32,000 nt of DNA from a bacterium (GTDB lineage Bacteria; Bacillota; Clostridia; TANB77; RGIG9151). Below are positions 9,938-19,038 of the stretch, piece after piece. The notes under the pieces were generated by a model. It had not been told where the DNA came from, ran no database searches, and saw nothing but the letters and a program-made list of their open reading frames with translations. Numbering within the stretch: the stretch's first letter is position 1; each line of letters begins with the position of its first letter. A program made the position numbers and the translations under genes. The stretch covers positions 12,575 through 44,574 of the forward strand of contig CAVHFU010000008.1 of assembly GCA_963635575.1 (NCBI GenBank), in the 5' to 3' direction.

Positions 9938-10201
9938 ATGAAAAACTATGTGTACATTTTAGAATGTAGTGACGGCAGTTTATATACAGGTTGGACAAAT
10001 GATTTAGAAAAGCGAATTGAAAAGCATAATAGTGGCGAAGGAGCTAAGTATACAAGAGGTAGAACACCTTGCAAATTAGTTTATTTTGAAGAATATGAAA
10101 CAAAAATTGAAGCCACTAAAAGAGAATTTGCAATAAAGAAATTGACTCGAAATGAAAAAATGAAACTTATACAAACAAAACCCACCAAGCATAATGCTTA
10201 G
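9938..10201 (+). CDS. GIY-YIG nuclease family protein (UPF0213/YhbQ-like)
   Basis: MKNYVYILECSDGSLYTGWTNDLEKRIEKHNSGEGAKYTRGR is the GIY-YIG signature. Start set at ATG 9938 within track ORF 9926..10201. Confidence 0.85.
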   Translation: MKNYVYILECSDGSLYTGWTNDLEKRIEKHNSGEGAKYTRGRTPCKLVYFEEYETKIEATKREFAIKKLTRNEKMKLIQTKPTKHNA

Positions 10202-10210
10202 TGGGTTTTT
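10181..10210. terminator. Bidirectional intrinsic terminator shared by the convergent GIY-YIG and DUF975 genes
   Basis: CCCACCAAGCA (10181..10191), loop TAA, TGCTTAGTGGG (10195..10205; one mismatch), then TTTTT. An A-rich run lies on the other side. The stem overlaps the TAG stop of the GIY-YIG gene. Confidence 0.7.
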
Positions 10211-10216
10211 ATATTG

Positions 10217-10945
10217 TTAGAATTGCTCTAAAATTAAAGGCTCGTCATTTGGATTATCTTTATTTTCATATATTTCTTTTACTTTTAAATAAAAATGTGA
10301 GGTCGCAGTTTGCATATATGGATATAACCATATATACCCTATTCCACAAGTAAAAGTAGCAAGTAATATCCATCCTATAAATGAAAGTTGAAGTAAGAAA
10401 TAATTCCATTTATAACCTTTCATCATAGCTTCACTTCGTTTAATAGCTTCTGTTGCTGAAATGTCAGGTTCTTCTGCCATAATAAATAAAGTCATTGAGT
10501 ATCCGTAAGCCTTAATAATTCCGGGAATGATTAGAAGCAAGGACCATAAGAAAGTATAAAGTCCAATTAAAAAACCGGCAAGAATAGAATTGCCAAATGA
10601 TTTTTTATACCCGTCAAATAAATTGATGATGTCAGGTTTTTGACTTTTTGAAAACATTAAAAAGTAACTGGTAAAACCTAAAGATAAAGGAATTATTAAT
10701 AAGTTAATTGCTGCGCTTAAAATGGAATTTATGCTTTGCATTATAATAACAACTGCGTTAGTATCTTTAATTATGAGGGATAGTATTTTTGTTAGTACAG
10801 CCGTAATAAGAAAAGTCATTCCGGATAGTGCAGAAGAAGCTGCGATAGTTATTGCAATAAATAATAAAGTCATAATTGCTGGATTACTCCATTTCCCTTT
10901 AAGTTGGGATAAAGCTTTCTTTTTTTGTTCAGATATTGAAATCAT
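10217..10945 (-). CDS. DUF975 family integral membrane protein
   Basis: Track ORF 10217..10972, with the start trimmed to ATG 10945 (MISISEQKKKALSQLKGKWSNP...) behind a GGAAAGGAGAA RBS. The N-terminal motif and multi-TM layout are typical of DUF975. Confidence 0.75.
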   Translation of the reverse strand: MISISEQKKKALSQLKGKWSNPAIMTLLFIAITIAASSALSGMTFLITAVLTKILSLIIKDTNAVVIIMQSINSILSAAINLLIIPLSLGFTSYFLMFSKSQKPDIINLFDGYKKSFGNSILAGFLIGLYTFLWSLLLIIPGIIKAYGYSMTLFIMAEEPDISATEAIKRSEAMMKGYKWNYFLLQLSFIGWILLATFTCGIGYIWLYPYMQTATSHFYLKVKEIYENKDNPNDEPLILEQF

Positions 10946-11071
10946 TAGAATTCTCCTTTCCAAAAACTTCATTTAAATAGTAACATTTTAAATAATAAAA
11001 GTAAAGATTTATTAAAGTGACTTTGTATTTTGCCGATAGAGTGTGTGAAAGGGCTTTTGAGGTGAAAAAAT

Positions 11072-13534
11072 ATGATTAAAAAAGCAGTTGTTACAAGTAT
11101 ATTAACATTAGGTTTGGTTTCATTCGCATATGCATCAAATAATATTACATACTACGGAATACCAAACGGTGACCAAAAAATTAATTTAATAAATTTTAAT
11201 GATGTACTAAGCCAAGGTGAAGGATATTGGGCAAAGTCAGCTATTTATCAAATATCTTCTTTAGATATAATGCAAGGAATGGCAAATGGGGTGTTTTCTC
11301 CAACAACAAAGGTTACAAATGAACAAGCTATAACTACTGTCTTAAACTCAATGGGAAAAGCAACCGAAGTAAATGACCAAAAAGTAATTTCAAATTATTG
11401 GTCGGATAAATATATAAAATATGGAATAAAGAATGGGCTTATTACAGGAAAAACAGTTATGAGACTATCTGAAATAGCTGGAAATTTAGACACGATGAAG
11501 AAAAAGGGAGTGTATGTAAGAGATGCGGCGATAACACGTGAAGAAATGGCTGAGCTTATTGCAAAGGCATTTTCCTTATCATCGACTTCTGCAGATGAGA
11601 AAAAGCCACTTGAATTCATGGATAGTAACCAAATAGATACAACAAAAAAATCATATGTTGATGCAGTTTCAATGAATGGAATAATGGTTGGTTCAGATGA
11701 CAATATGTTTAACCCGAAAAGTGGATTGACTAGGGCAGAATTAGCTCAGATATTAAAAAATTGCGAATCATATATTTTAGCAAACTTAGGAGTTACTAAA
11801 CATACAGGATTTATAGAGAGCGTAGGAACTGGTAGTATTTTAATTTCAGATGAAAACGGAGATAGCATAACGGTAGATTTAACAGGAAAAAATATTCCGA
11901 CATTAAGAAATAACATACTAACAGGTACATATTCATTAAAAAGTTCTGACGAAATTGAGTATTACGTAGATGCTAAAAAGAATGTAAAATTCATAAGAGT
12001 AACTGATGCAAGTATATATGGTGAAGAACAAGAGGAACAAGAAAAGAACCAAAAACAAGGAATTGTTACAGGTAACAGTCCATATTTTTATGAAATAGCT
12101 ATAAAGGATAAAAACGGAAACGTAGAAAAATATACTTACGGAAGATGGACCGAGATTTATAAAGATGGTAAAGAAACATCTGCAAGTAGCATTATGCAAG
12201 GGGATACAGTATATCTTGAGTTTGATAATTTGGGAGACTTAGTTGTTATAAGAGGTGTAACTAATGCAGTTATAAGTTATGCTACTGTTACAGAAATTAG
12301 TGGTACAAAAGTTACTATGGTACCTGATGATGGTAAAGCCGAGAAGTATGACTTGAACAATGTGCCAATTTATAAAAATGGTGAAGAAATATCTGTGGAC
12401 AACTTGCATAATGGTGAGTATGCAAAACTAAGTTTGTCACAAAATAAGCTAATTAAAGTAGAAATTGTTGTTGACGAAAGAAGTTGTGAGGCAATATACA
12501 AAGGATATATAAGTGATATTAATTTAATTCAAGACAGAATTATTATTAGAAATCCGTCACAATTAAAAGATGGAAAGTGGACTAAATTAACAGATAATTT
12601 TATAACATTACCATTAGATAGAAATATGCAAATTAGCTATGAAGGAATTAATATGGCTAAAAATGAATTAGGTGAAAAACAAGTAGGAAAGTTTGCATAC
12701 ATAGCAGCAAGAAAAGATACTGAAGTATTAGAAAAAGTGAAAGCTATGAATATAGGAATAAAAGGAAAAGAAGAAGTTATAACAGGTGAAGTTTCTAAGT
12801 TTAATGAAAGTACAGGAGAATTAAGAATTAGTGGTAACTCTATAAAACCATATGTGGATGAAAATACGGTACTAGTGATAAATAATAAAATAGTAACAAA
12901 GGCCGATTTTAGTAAAGGCGATAACTTAGCAGTAGTTGTTTCTAAAGATGATAATGGAGATTATATCGCTAAACTAATAACAACAATAGACGAAGTGGAT
13001 AGCGAAAGTAGAGATGTGTATGCATATTTCGGAAAAGTAAAGTCTATTGACGAAGGCAATGAAGTAATAATGAATATAAGTGCAAGGTATGAAGATGAAG
13101 AATGGATTATTGGAAAAGAAAGAAACGCATCTTTTGTTATAACATCAAACACAAGAATATTTAATGAGACCGAACCTCTTAACTTTGATGAATTTAATAA
13201 GGAATATAAAGGCAAAGAGATATGTATTGTTGCATATGGAGATGAAGCTGTTATAATTACAGTTGTTTCAATCACAGATACACCATATATATTTATGGGA
13301 AGCGTAGATGATGTGGAAACGGATAAATTTACTGTTACTGATGTCGAGATTTATGACTTAGAAAATGAAGAATGGACTGAAAGCACAAAAGAAGAAGTAA
13401 GCATTTCAGTAAATACAGCAATTACAAAGAACGGAAAGTATGCAAAGTCTTCAGATATAAAATACGGACAAGAAGTCGTAGTAATAAAGCCTGATGAACA
13501 AAGTAGTGCAGCAGTAGTTTTACTTAATGATTAG
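11072..13534 (+). CDS. Secreted SLH-domain cell-wall protein (three N-terminal SLH repeats, large C-terminal region of unknown function)
   Basis: Signal peptide MIKKAVVTSILTLGLVSFAYA. SLH-like repeats lie roughly in residues 40-235 (e.g. FNDV..WAKSAIYQ...GVFSPTTKVTNEQA and FMDSNQID...SYVDAVSMNGIMVGSDDNMFNPKSGLTRAELAQIL). The remaining ~580 aa has no motif I recognise. Confidence 0.8.
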   Translation: MIKKAVVTSILTLGLVSFAYASNNITYYGIPNGDQKINLINFNDVLSQGEGYWAKSAIYQISSLDIMQGMANGVFSPTTKVTNEQAITTVLNSMGKATEVNDQKVISNYWSDKYIKYGIKNGLITGKTVMRLSEIAGNLDTMKKKGVYVRDAAITREEMAELIAKAFSLSSTSADEKKPLEFMDSNQIDTTKKSYVDAVSMNGIMVGSDDNMFNPKSGLTRAELAQILKNCESYILANLGVTKHTGFIESVGTGSILISDENGDSITVDLTGKNIPTLRNNILTGTYSLKSSDEIEYYVDAKKNVKFIRVTDASIYGEEQEEQEKNQKQGIVTGNSPYFYEIAIKDKNGNVEKYTYGRWTEIYKDGKETSASSIMQGDTVYLEFDNLGDLVVIRGVTNAVISYATVTEISGTKVTMVPDDGKAEKYDLNNVPIYKNGEEISVDNLHNGEYAKLSLSQNKLIKVEIVVDERSCEAIYKGYISDINLIQDRIIIRNPSQLKDGKWTKLTDNFITLPLDRNMQISYEGINMAKNELGEKQVGKFAYIAARKDTEVLEKVKAMNIGIKGKEEVITGEVSKFNESTGELRISGNSIKPYVDENTVLVINNKIVTKADFSKGDNLAVVVSKDDNGDYIAKLITTIDEVDSESRDVYAYFGKVKSIDEGNEVIMNISARYEDEEWIIGKERNASFVITSNTRIFNETEPLNFDEFNKEYKGKEICIVAYGDEAVIITVVSITDTPYIFMGSVDDVETDKFTVTDVEIYDLENEEWTESTKEEVSISVNTAITKNGKYAKSSDIKYGQEVVVIKPDEQSSAAVVLLND

Positions 13535-13543
13535 GGGGATAAT

Positions 13544-14980
13544 ATGAAAAAGTTTTTAATGCTTTTAGCGTCAATTTTAATGTTTTCAACGGCCTATGCA
13601 TATGAGCCTTCTATTACTCAGCAGGTTGCGGGAAACAAGAATTTAAATTGTAAGGAAGTAGTTTTTATATCCGGAAAGCCGGTTGAAATGGAAGGGACAT
13701 TGACTGTAAGTAATTCAGGAAAAAGTTCAACGTTAGCGGAATCCTATACGTATAAGTTAGAAGATGAAGAAGGAAATACACTATCTCGCCAACTTACGTT
13801 TTCGATTGCTTCAAGCGAAAAAAATAATGGTCAAGTTTCTAAAGTATGGGATTTAACTAAGTTTAGTGAAAGCATAACTATAGGTGCAACAACATATACT
13901 TTGGAAAAGTATGATTTCGGAAGAACTGAGTTAGACGATGTAAAGCCGGTAGGTACTTATTTTGCCGGCAACTTAAATATAAGTAAGACATATAGTGATG
14001 GAACTGAAAAAGGGAAAATAAAAATTGTCGGCTCCGGCTCATCTTACGGTTATAATACTTGTTGGGCGAATAATGAGGTTGTTAATATGACATATACAAT
14101 TTCAGGCACATCAGAAACAGGTACGAGTTGGACTGGTAAGTATAGAACAACAACGTCTAATACAGATAAAAAGAATATTGTGTATATTGAAAACAAACCA
14201 ACAGAAATAAGTTTTGATGGCGGATTTATGCTATCAGAAAGTAATGTAAGTACACTTAGATATTCTTCAGAATTACCTGAGTTTTATGGAACAAAGATGC
14301 TAAATTATATAGTTACAGATGAAGGGTCGTTTAAGTATGAATCATTTCCTGTCCAAACAAGGCTGGCAAACTATTCTCTAAAAGGAATAAAAGGGCACTG
14401 GGGAGAAAAAGCTCTACGTCAAGCATTTGCACTTGAATATATGGATGAATGGAAAGACAATACAACACCAAATAGCGGGGTAACAAGGGGAGAATTTGCA
14501 AAGATTATTGCGCTTGCACTTAAATTAGATATGAATAACAACACGAAGAAAACCAATACTACAACAAATACATCAGTCAAAGAGCAATTAGTATATAAAG
14601 ATGTCCCGGAAACAAATGAATATTATAAGTACATTATGGCTTTAACTCAGAAGGGTGTAGTGAAAGGAACAGGAAATTCAAGATTTCAACCAAATGCAAT
14701 AATAAGTAGAGCAGAGGCTGTTACAATGATTATAACTGCATTAGGATTTGAAGATAAAGCACCGGAGCCATTACCAATACTAAATTTTAACGATAATTCA
14801 GAAATACCAAAATGGTCAGAGAAATATATATATATGGCAAATAAAATAGGACTTATAAACGGAGATGAGTACGGAAACGTAATGCCAACAAAGGCATTAA
14901 CAAAAGCAGAAATAGCTACTATTACGAATAATATGGTTAAATATATAATTGAAGAATTAGGCGAGGAATATATTTTGTAA
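13544..14980 (+). CDS. Secreted SLH-domain cell-wall protein (three C-terminal SLH repeats)
   Basis: Signal peptide MKKFLMLLASILMFSTAYA. The C-terminal ~200 aa contains three SLH repeats (HWGEKALRQAF...GVTRGEFAKII; YKDVPETNEYYKYIMALTQKGVVKGTG..FQPNAIISRAEAVTMI; FNDNSEIPKWSEKYIYMANKIGLINGD). It starts 9 nt after the previous gene, with a GGGGG RBS. Confidence 0.8.
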   Translation: MKKFLMLLASILMFSTAYAYEPSITQQVAGNKNLNCKEVVFISGKPVEMEGTLTVSNSGKSSTLAESYTYKLEDEEGNTLSRQLTFSIASSEKNNGQVSKVWDLTKFSESITIGATTYTLEKYDFGRTELDDVKPVGTYFAGNLNISKTYSDGTEKGKIKIVGSGSSYGYNTCWANNEVVNMTYTISGTSETGTSWTGKYRTTTSNTDKKNIVYIENKPTEISFDGGFMLSESNVSTLRYSSELPEFYGTKMLNYIVTDEGSFKYESFPVQTRLANYSLKGIKGHWGEKALRQAFALEYMDEWKDNTTPNSGVTRGEFAKIIALALKLDMNNNTKKTNTTTNTSVKEQLVYKDVPETNEYYKYIMALTQKGVVKGTGNSRFQPNAIISRAEAVTMIITALGFEDKAPEPLPILNFNDNSEIPKWSEKYIYMANKIGLINGDEYGNVMPTKALTKAEIATITNNMVKYIIEELGEEYIL

Positions 14981-15061
14981 AAAGTACTTGCCAAAAATGG
15001 ATACATATGGTAACATATATGTAACGAGTACAAATTAGCAAGACTCATAGCGTTAAAAAAA

Positions 15062-15091
15062 AGAGGCTATTTGACGGATAGCCTCTTTTTT
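15062..15091. terminator. Intrinsic terminator after the SLH gene pair
   Basis: AGAGGCTAT (15062..15070), 7-nt loop, ATAGCCTCT (15078..15086), then a T-run to 15091. An A-run precedes it (15055..15062). Confidence 0.85.
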
Positions 15092-15116
15092 GCTACTTTG
15101 CAATAGATGTAGAAAG

Positions 15117-15146
15117 AATTACCACGTAAAAGTGGTAATTTTTTTT
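15117..15146 (+). terminator. Second intrinsic terminator-like hairpin, about 55 nt upstream of the glmU-like CDS
   Basis: AATTACCAC (15117..15125), loop GTAAAA, GTGGTAATT (15132..15140), then a T-run to 15146. Confidence 0.7.
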
Positions 15147-15203
15147 GTTTTATGCTAAAATAACTAAGGAACGCATAATTTTTTCTAAAAGGAGGAAAAT
15201 TAA

Positions 15204-15902
15204 ATGGAAGATAAGATACAATATGCAAAGGAATTAGAAGAAAAAAGAAAGATAATAAATGAAAAACATATGAAAAACGGAGTAACGATTATAGATCCAA
15301 AAGTTACATATATAGACGAAACTGTTGAGATAGGTGAAGGAACAATAATTTATCCCGGAAATATCTTAGAAGGCAGTACGAAAATAGGAAAGAACTGTGT
15401 ACTTGGTCAAAATAACAGAATTGTAGATAGCACTGTTGATGACGAAGCCGATGTAATGAGTTCTGTATTAATGGAAAGTAAGGTAGGGAGCGGAACACAC
15501 GTTGGGCCATTTGCATACTTAAGACCTAATTCAAATGTTGGAAAAAATGCAAGAATAGGAGATTTCGTAGAATTAAAGAATTCAACAATAGGAGACGGAA
15601 CAAAGGTTTCACACTTAACATATGTCGGAGATAGTGATGTAGGCAGTGAAGTAAACTTCGGTTGCGGAACAGTCACAGTAAATTACGATGGAATAAACAA
15701 ACATAGAACAACAATAGGAAATAAAGTATTTATAGGATGTAACACAAACTTAGTAGCACCTGTAAAGCTAGGTGATGGTGCATATACAGCAGCAGGTACA
15801 ACAGTAACCCAAGACGTACCTGAAAATTCTTTAGTAATAGGTAGAGTAAGACAAGAAGTAAAAGAAGGTTGGGCTAAAGGAAAAACAAAAGTAAATAAAT
15901 AG
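15204..15902 (+). CDS. Stand-alone left-handed beta-helix acetyltransferase equivalent to the C-terminal (GlcN-1-P N-acetyltransferase) half of GlmU
   Basis: 232 aa. It aligns by eye to the linker helix plus LbH domain of bacterial GlmU ([15 protein letters not shown], hexapeptide repeats, [34 protein letters not shown]). No N-terminal uridyltransferase (LAAGxGTRM) domain is encoded. Upstream DNA is two terminators and an AGGAGG RBS. Confidence 0.8.
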   Translation: MEDKIQYAKELEEKRKIINEKHMKNGVTIIDPKVTYIDETVEIGEGTIIYPGNILEGSTKIGKNCVLGQNNRIVDSTVDDEADVMSSVLMESKVGSGTHVGPFAYLRPNSNVGKNARIGDFVELKNSTIGDGTKVSHLTYVGDSDVGSEVNFGCGTVTVNYDGINKHRTTIGNKVFIGCNTNLVAPVKLGDGAYTAAGTTVTQDVPENSLVIGRVRQEVKEGWAKGKTKVNK

Positions 15903-15917
15903 AAAGGAAACTATAAT

Positions 15918-17243
15918 ATGAAACCAATAGTGGCAGTAGTAGGAAGACCGAACGTAGGGAAATCCTCATTTTTTAATTATATAGCCGGAAAAAGAATATC
16001 AATCGTAGAGGATACACCAGGAGTTACAAGAGATAGAATTTATACAGATGTCGAATGGCGTGGGAGAAAGTTTACAATGATAGATACAGGAGGAATAGAA
16101 CCAAAAACTAATGACAGTATCTTAGTTCAAATGAAATACCAAGCCGAACTAGCAATGGATAGTGCAGACGTTATTGTGTTTATGGTAGATATGAAAGATG
16201 GCATCACATCAGCTGACTATGAAGTATCTAAAATGTTAAGAAAAACAGGAAAACCAATAGTATTAGTTGTAAATAAAGTAGATAAAACAGGAGAAATGCC
16301 GGCAGAAGTGTATGAATTCTATAACTTAGATATGGGTGATCCACATCCAATTTCAACACTTCAAGGACTTGGAATAGGTGACGCATTAGATGCTATTTAT
16401 GAAAACTTCAAAGACATTCCGGAAGAGGAAGAAGATGAAGCAGTAATAAAAGTTGCTCTAATAGGAAAACCGAATGTAGGAAAATCATCTTTAATAAATA
16501 AAATCCTAGGTGAGCAAAGGGTAATAGTAAGCGATGTCCCAGGTACAACCAGAGACGCAATAGATACTGACTTTGAGCGTGACGGACAAAAATATACATT
16601 TATAGATACAGCCGGACTTCGTAAGAAAAGTAAGGTTAATGAAAATATAGAAAAGTACAGTGGAATGAGAACTGTAACAGCTATAGAAAGAGCTGATGTT
16701 TGTTTATTATTAATAGATGCAAATGACGGCGTAACAGAACAAGACACAAAAGTTGCAGGTTATGCACATGAAGCCGGGAAAGGTATCATAATTGTAGTAA
16801 ATAAATGGGATATTCATGAAAAAGAAACAGGCACATTAGAAAAGTATAAAGAGAAAGTTTATCAAGATTTGGCATATTTAACATATGCACCAATAGTCTT
16901 TGTATCAGCCTTAACAGGTCAAAGAGTTAATAAGCTTTTTGAATTAATTCCGTATGTAGCTGACCAAAATGCAATGAGAATTTCAACAGGAATGCTAAAT
17001 GATGTAATAAATGAAGCTATTGCAATGGTTCAACCGCCATCAGACAAGGGTAGAAGATTAAAAGTTTTATACGCAACACAAGTTTCTACAAAACCACCTA
17101 CGTTTGTAGTGTTTGTAAATAGTAAAAAATTAATGCACTTCTCATATATGAGGTATTTAGAAAACCAAATAAGGAAAAACTTCGGATTAGAGGGAACTTC
17201 GGTAAAAATGATAGCAAGAGAAAAAGGAAGTAAAGACGAGTAG
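15918..17243 (+). CDS. der: Ribosome-associated GTPase Der (EngA)
   Basis: Two tandem G domains (GRPNVGKSS and GKPNVGKSS, DTGG/DTAG, NKVD/NKWD) plus a KH-like C-terminus; 441 aa. Confidence 0.95.
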   Translation: MKPIVAVVGRPNVGKSSFFNYIAGKRISIVEDTPGVTRDRIYTDVEWRGRKFTMIDTGGIEPKTNDSILVQMKYQAELAMDSADVIVFMVDMKDGITSADYEVSKMLRKTGKPIVLVVNKVDKTGEMPAEVYEFYNLDMGDPHPISTLQGLGIGDALDAIYENFKDIPEEEEDEAVIKVALIGKPNVGKSSLINKILGEQRVIVSDVPGTTRDAIDTDFERDGQKYTFIDTAGLRKKSKVNENIEKYSGMRTVTAIERADVCLLLIDANDGVTEQDTKVAGYAHEAGKGIIIVVNKWDIHEKETGTLEKYKEKVYQDLAYLTYAPIVFVSALTGQRVNKLFELIPYVADQNAMRISTGMLNDVINEAIAMVQPPSDKGRRLKVLYATQVSTKPPTFVVFVNSKKLMHFSYMRYLENQIRKNFGLEGTSVKMIAREKGSKDE

Positions 17244-17264
17244 AAATACGAAGGAGGAATAGAA

Positions 17265-17993
17265 ATGATAAATTTAGCAACGGCATTGTTTTACGGACAA
17301 CTTGTTTTAATAGGAGTAATTGCCTATTTATTAGGAAGTGTTAATTCATCTATTATAGTAGGAAGGTTTTATAAAATAGATATAAGAGAACATGGAAGCG
17401 GAAATGCAGGACTCACAAATACATTAAGAACTCTTGGCAAAAAAGCGGCGGCATTTGTTTTAATAGGCGATGTGCTAAAGGGTGTACTTGCAATTTTAAT
17501 TGCAAGGGTACTTGCGCCAACGGCAATAATTAATACTTTTAATATTAATGGCCATATAATTCCGGTAGAAAAACAATTTACTGACCTAGCTATGCAAATA
17601 GCGGGAGTTTTAGTAATCCTCGGGCATATATTCCCTGTATTTTATAAATTCAAGGGTGGAAAAGGTGTGCTAACATCAATCACAGTAATTTTTATGGTTA
17701 GTTGGCAAGTCGGACTTGCATGTTTACTAGTATTTGTAATAGTAGTAGCATTAACAAGATATGTTTCTTTAGGTTCTGTGCTAGCAGCATTTTCATTTCC
17801 ATTTTTAATAGTTGCAATGGACCCTTATACAGAAATGCTACAAGATTTTAGTTGGTTAATTTTTGCGATTATCCTTGCAAGTTTAGTAATCTTTATGCAT
17901 AGGGGAAATATTGCGAGACTATATAATAACACAGAAAGAAAATTAGGCGAGAAAAAAGAAGATTATGAAAAGAGAATTTTAAAAGCTTACTAA
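17265..17993 (+). CDS. plsY: Acyl-phosphate:glycerol-3-phosphate acyltransferase PlsY
   Basis: GSVNSSIIVGR, HGSGNAGLTN and FKGGKGV motifs, multi-TM. At 242 aa it is somewhat longer than typical PlsY, with an internal insertion and a charged C-terminal tail. Confidence 0.9.
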   Translation: MINLATALFYGQLVLIGVIAYLLGSVNSSIIVGRFYKIDIREHGSGNAGLTNTLRTLGKKAAAFVLIGDVLKGVLAILIARVLAPTAIINTFNINGHIIPVEKQFTDLAMQIAGVLVILGHIFPVFYKFKGGKGVLTSITVIFMVSWQVGLACLLVFVIVVALTRYVSLGSVLAAFSFPFLIVAMDPYTEMLQDFSWLIFAIILASLVIFMHRGNIARLYNNTERKLGEKKEDYEKRILKAY

Positions 17994-18010
17994 TACATAA
18001 GGAGATAAGT

Positions 18011-19000
18011 ATGAATATTTGTACAATTGGTTCCGGAAGTTGGGGAATAGCACTTAGTATGTTGTTATTTGACAACAAACATAATGTAAAAATTTGGTCA
18101 AGAAATGATAATGAAGTAGAGGAAATCAATAATAAACATACGGCAGCTAGATATTTGCCGGGAGTAATAATTCCAAGTCAAATAAAAGCTACCAAAGATG
18201 TGGAAGAAGCATTAAATGATAGTGAAATCGTAATTTTAGCTGTGCCATCTACTGCAATAAGACAATGTTCAAATATGATAGCAAAATATTTAAAAAATCA
18301 AATTGTAGTAAATGTGGCTAAAGGACTTGAAGCGGGTACATTAAAAAGACTATCTGAGGTTATGGAAGAAGAATTACCTAAGGGACAAAAAATAGCAGTC
18401 TTATCCGGACCGAGTCACGCGGAAGAAGTGGCAAGAAAACTGCCTACTGTTGTGGCTGTAAGTTCTTATAATGAAGAAGTTAGAGAAGTTGTAAGTTCAG
18501 CTTTTATGAATGAATACTTTAGAGTATATCCAAATAGTGATTTACTTGGTGTAGAAATTGGAGGAGCTGTTAAAAATGTAATAGCTTTGTGTGCCGGAAT
18601 TTCAGACGGACTTGGATTTGGTGATAATGCAAAGGCAGGATTAATCACAAGAGGATTAGCCGAAATTATCCGTTTAGGAACTAAAATGGGCGGAAAACCC
18701 GAAACATTTTACGGACTTACCGGAATAGGGGACTTGGTGGTAACCTGTGCAAGTAAGCACAGTAGAAACCATAGAGCCGGAGAATTTTTAGGCCAAGGCT
18801 ATTCACTTCCCGAAACATTAAATAAAGTAAATATGGTAGTTGAGGGAGTAAATGCAGCAAAATCCGTACGAGAATTAGGCAGAAAATACTCTGTGGAGCT
18901 TCCGATAACCGAACAAGCATGTGAGGTACTCTTTAATGGAAAAGACCCTAAAAGAGCAGTTTTAGAATTAATGGGAAGAGATAAGAAAAATGAAATATAA
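18011..19000 (+). CDS. gpsA: NAD(P)H-dependent glycerol-3-phosphate dehydrogenase
   Basis: N-terminal Rossmann GSGSWG, GPSHAEEV and GAVKNVIA motifs. The conserved der-plsY-gpsA order supports the call. Confidence 0.95.
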   Translation: MNICTIGSGSWGIALSMLLFDNKHNVKIWSRNDNEVEEINNKHTAARYLPGVIIPSQIKATKDVEEALNDSEIVILAVPSTAIRQCSNMIAKYLKNQIVVNVAKGLEAGTLKRLSEVMEEELPKGQKIAVLSGPSHAEEVARKLPTVVAVSSYNEEVREVVSSAFMNEYFRVYPNSDLLGVEIGGAVKNVIALCAGISDGLGFGDNAKAGLITRGLAEIIRLGTKMGGKPETFYGLTGIGDLVVTCASKHSRNHRAGEFLGQGYSLPETLNKVNMVVEGVNAAKSVRELGRKYSVELPITEQACEVLFNGKDPKRAVLELMGRDKKNEI

Positions 19001-19005
19001 AAATA

Positions 19006-19038
19006 GCCCTATGTTTATTCAACATAGGGCATTTTTTT
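19006..19038. terminator. Bidirectional intrinsic terminator between the convergent gpsA and 2-oxoacid oxidoreductase operons
   Basis: GCCCTATG (19006..19013), 9-nt loop, CATAGGGC (19023..19030), then ATTTTTTT. AAAATA lies on the left flank. Confidence 0.85.
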
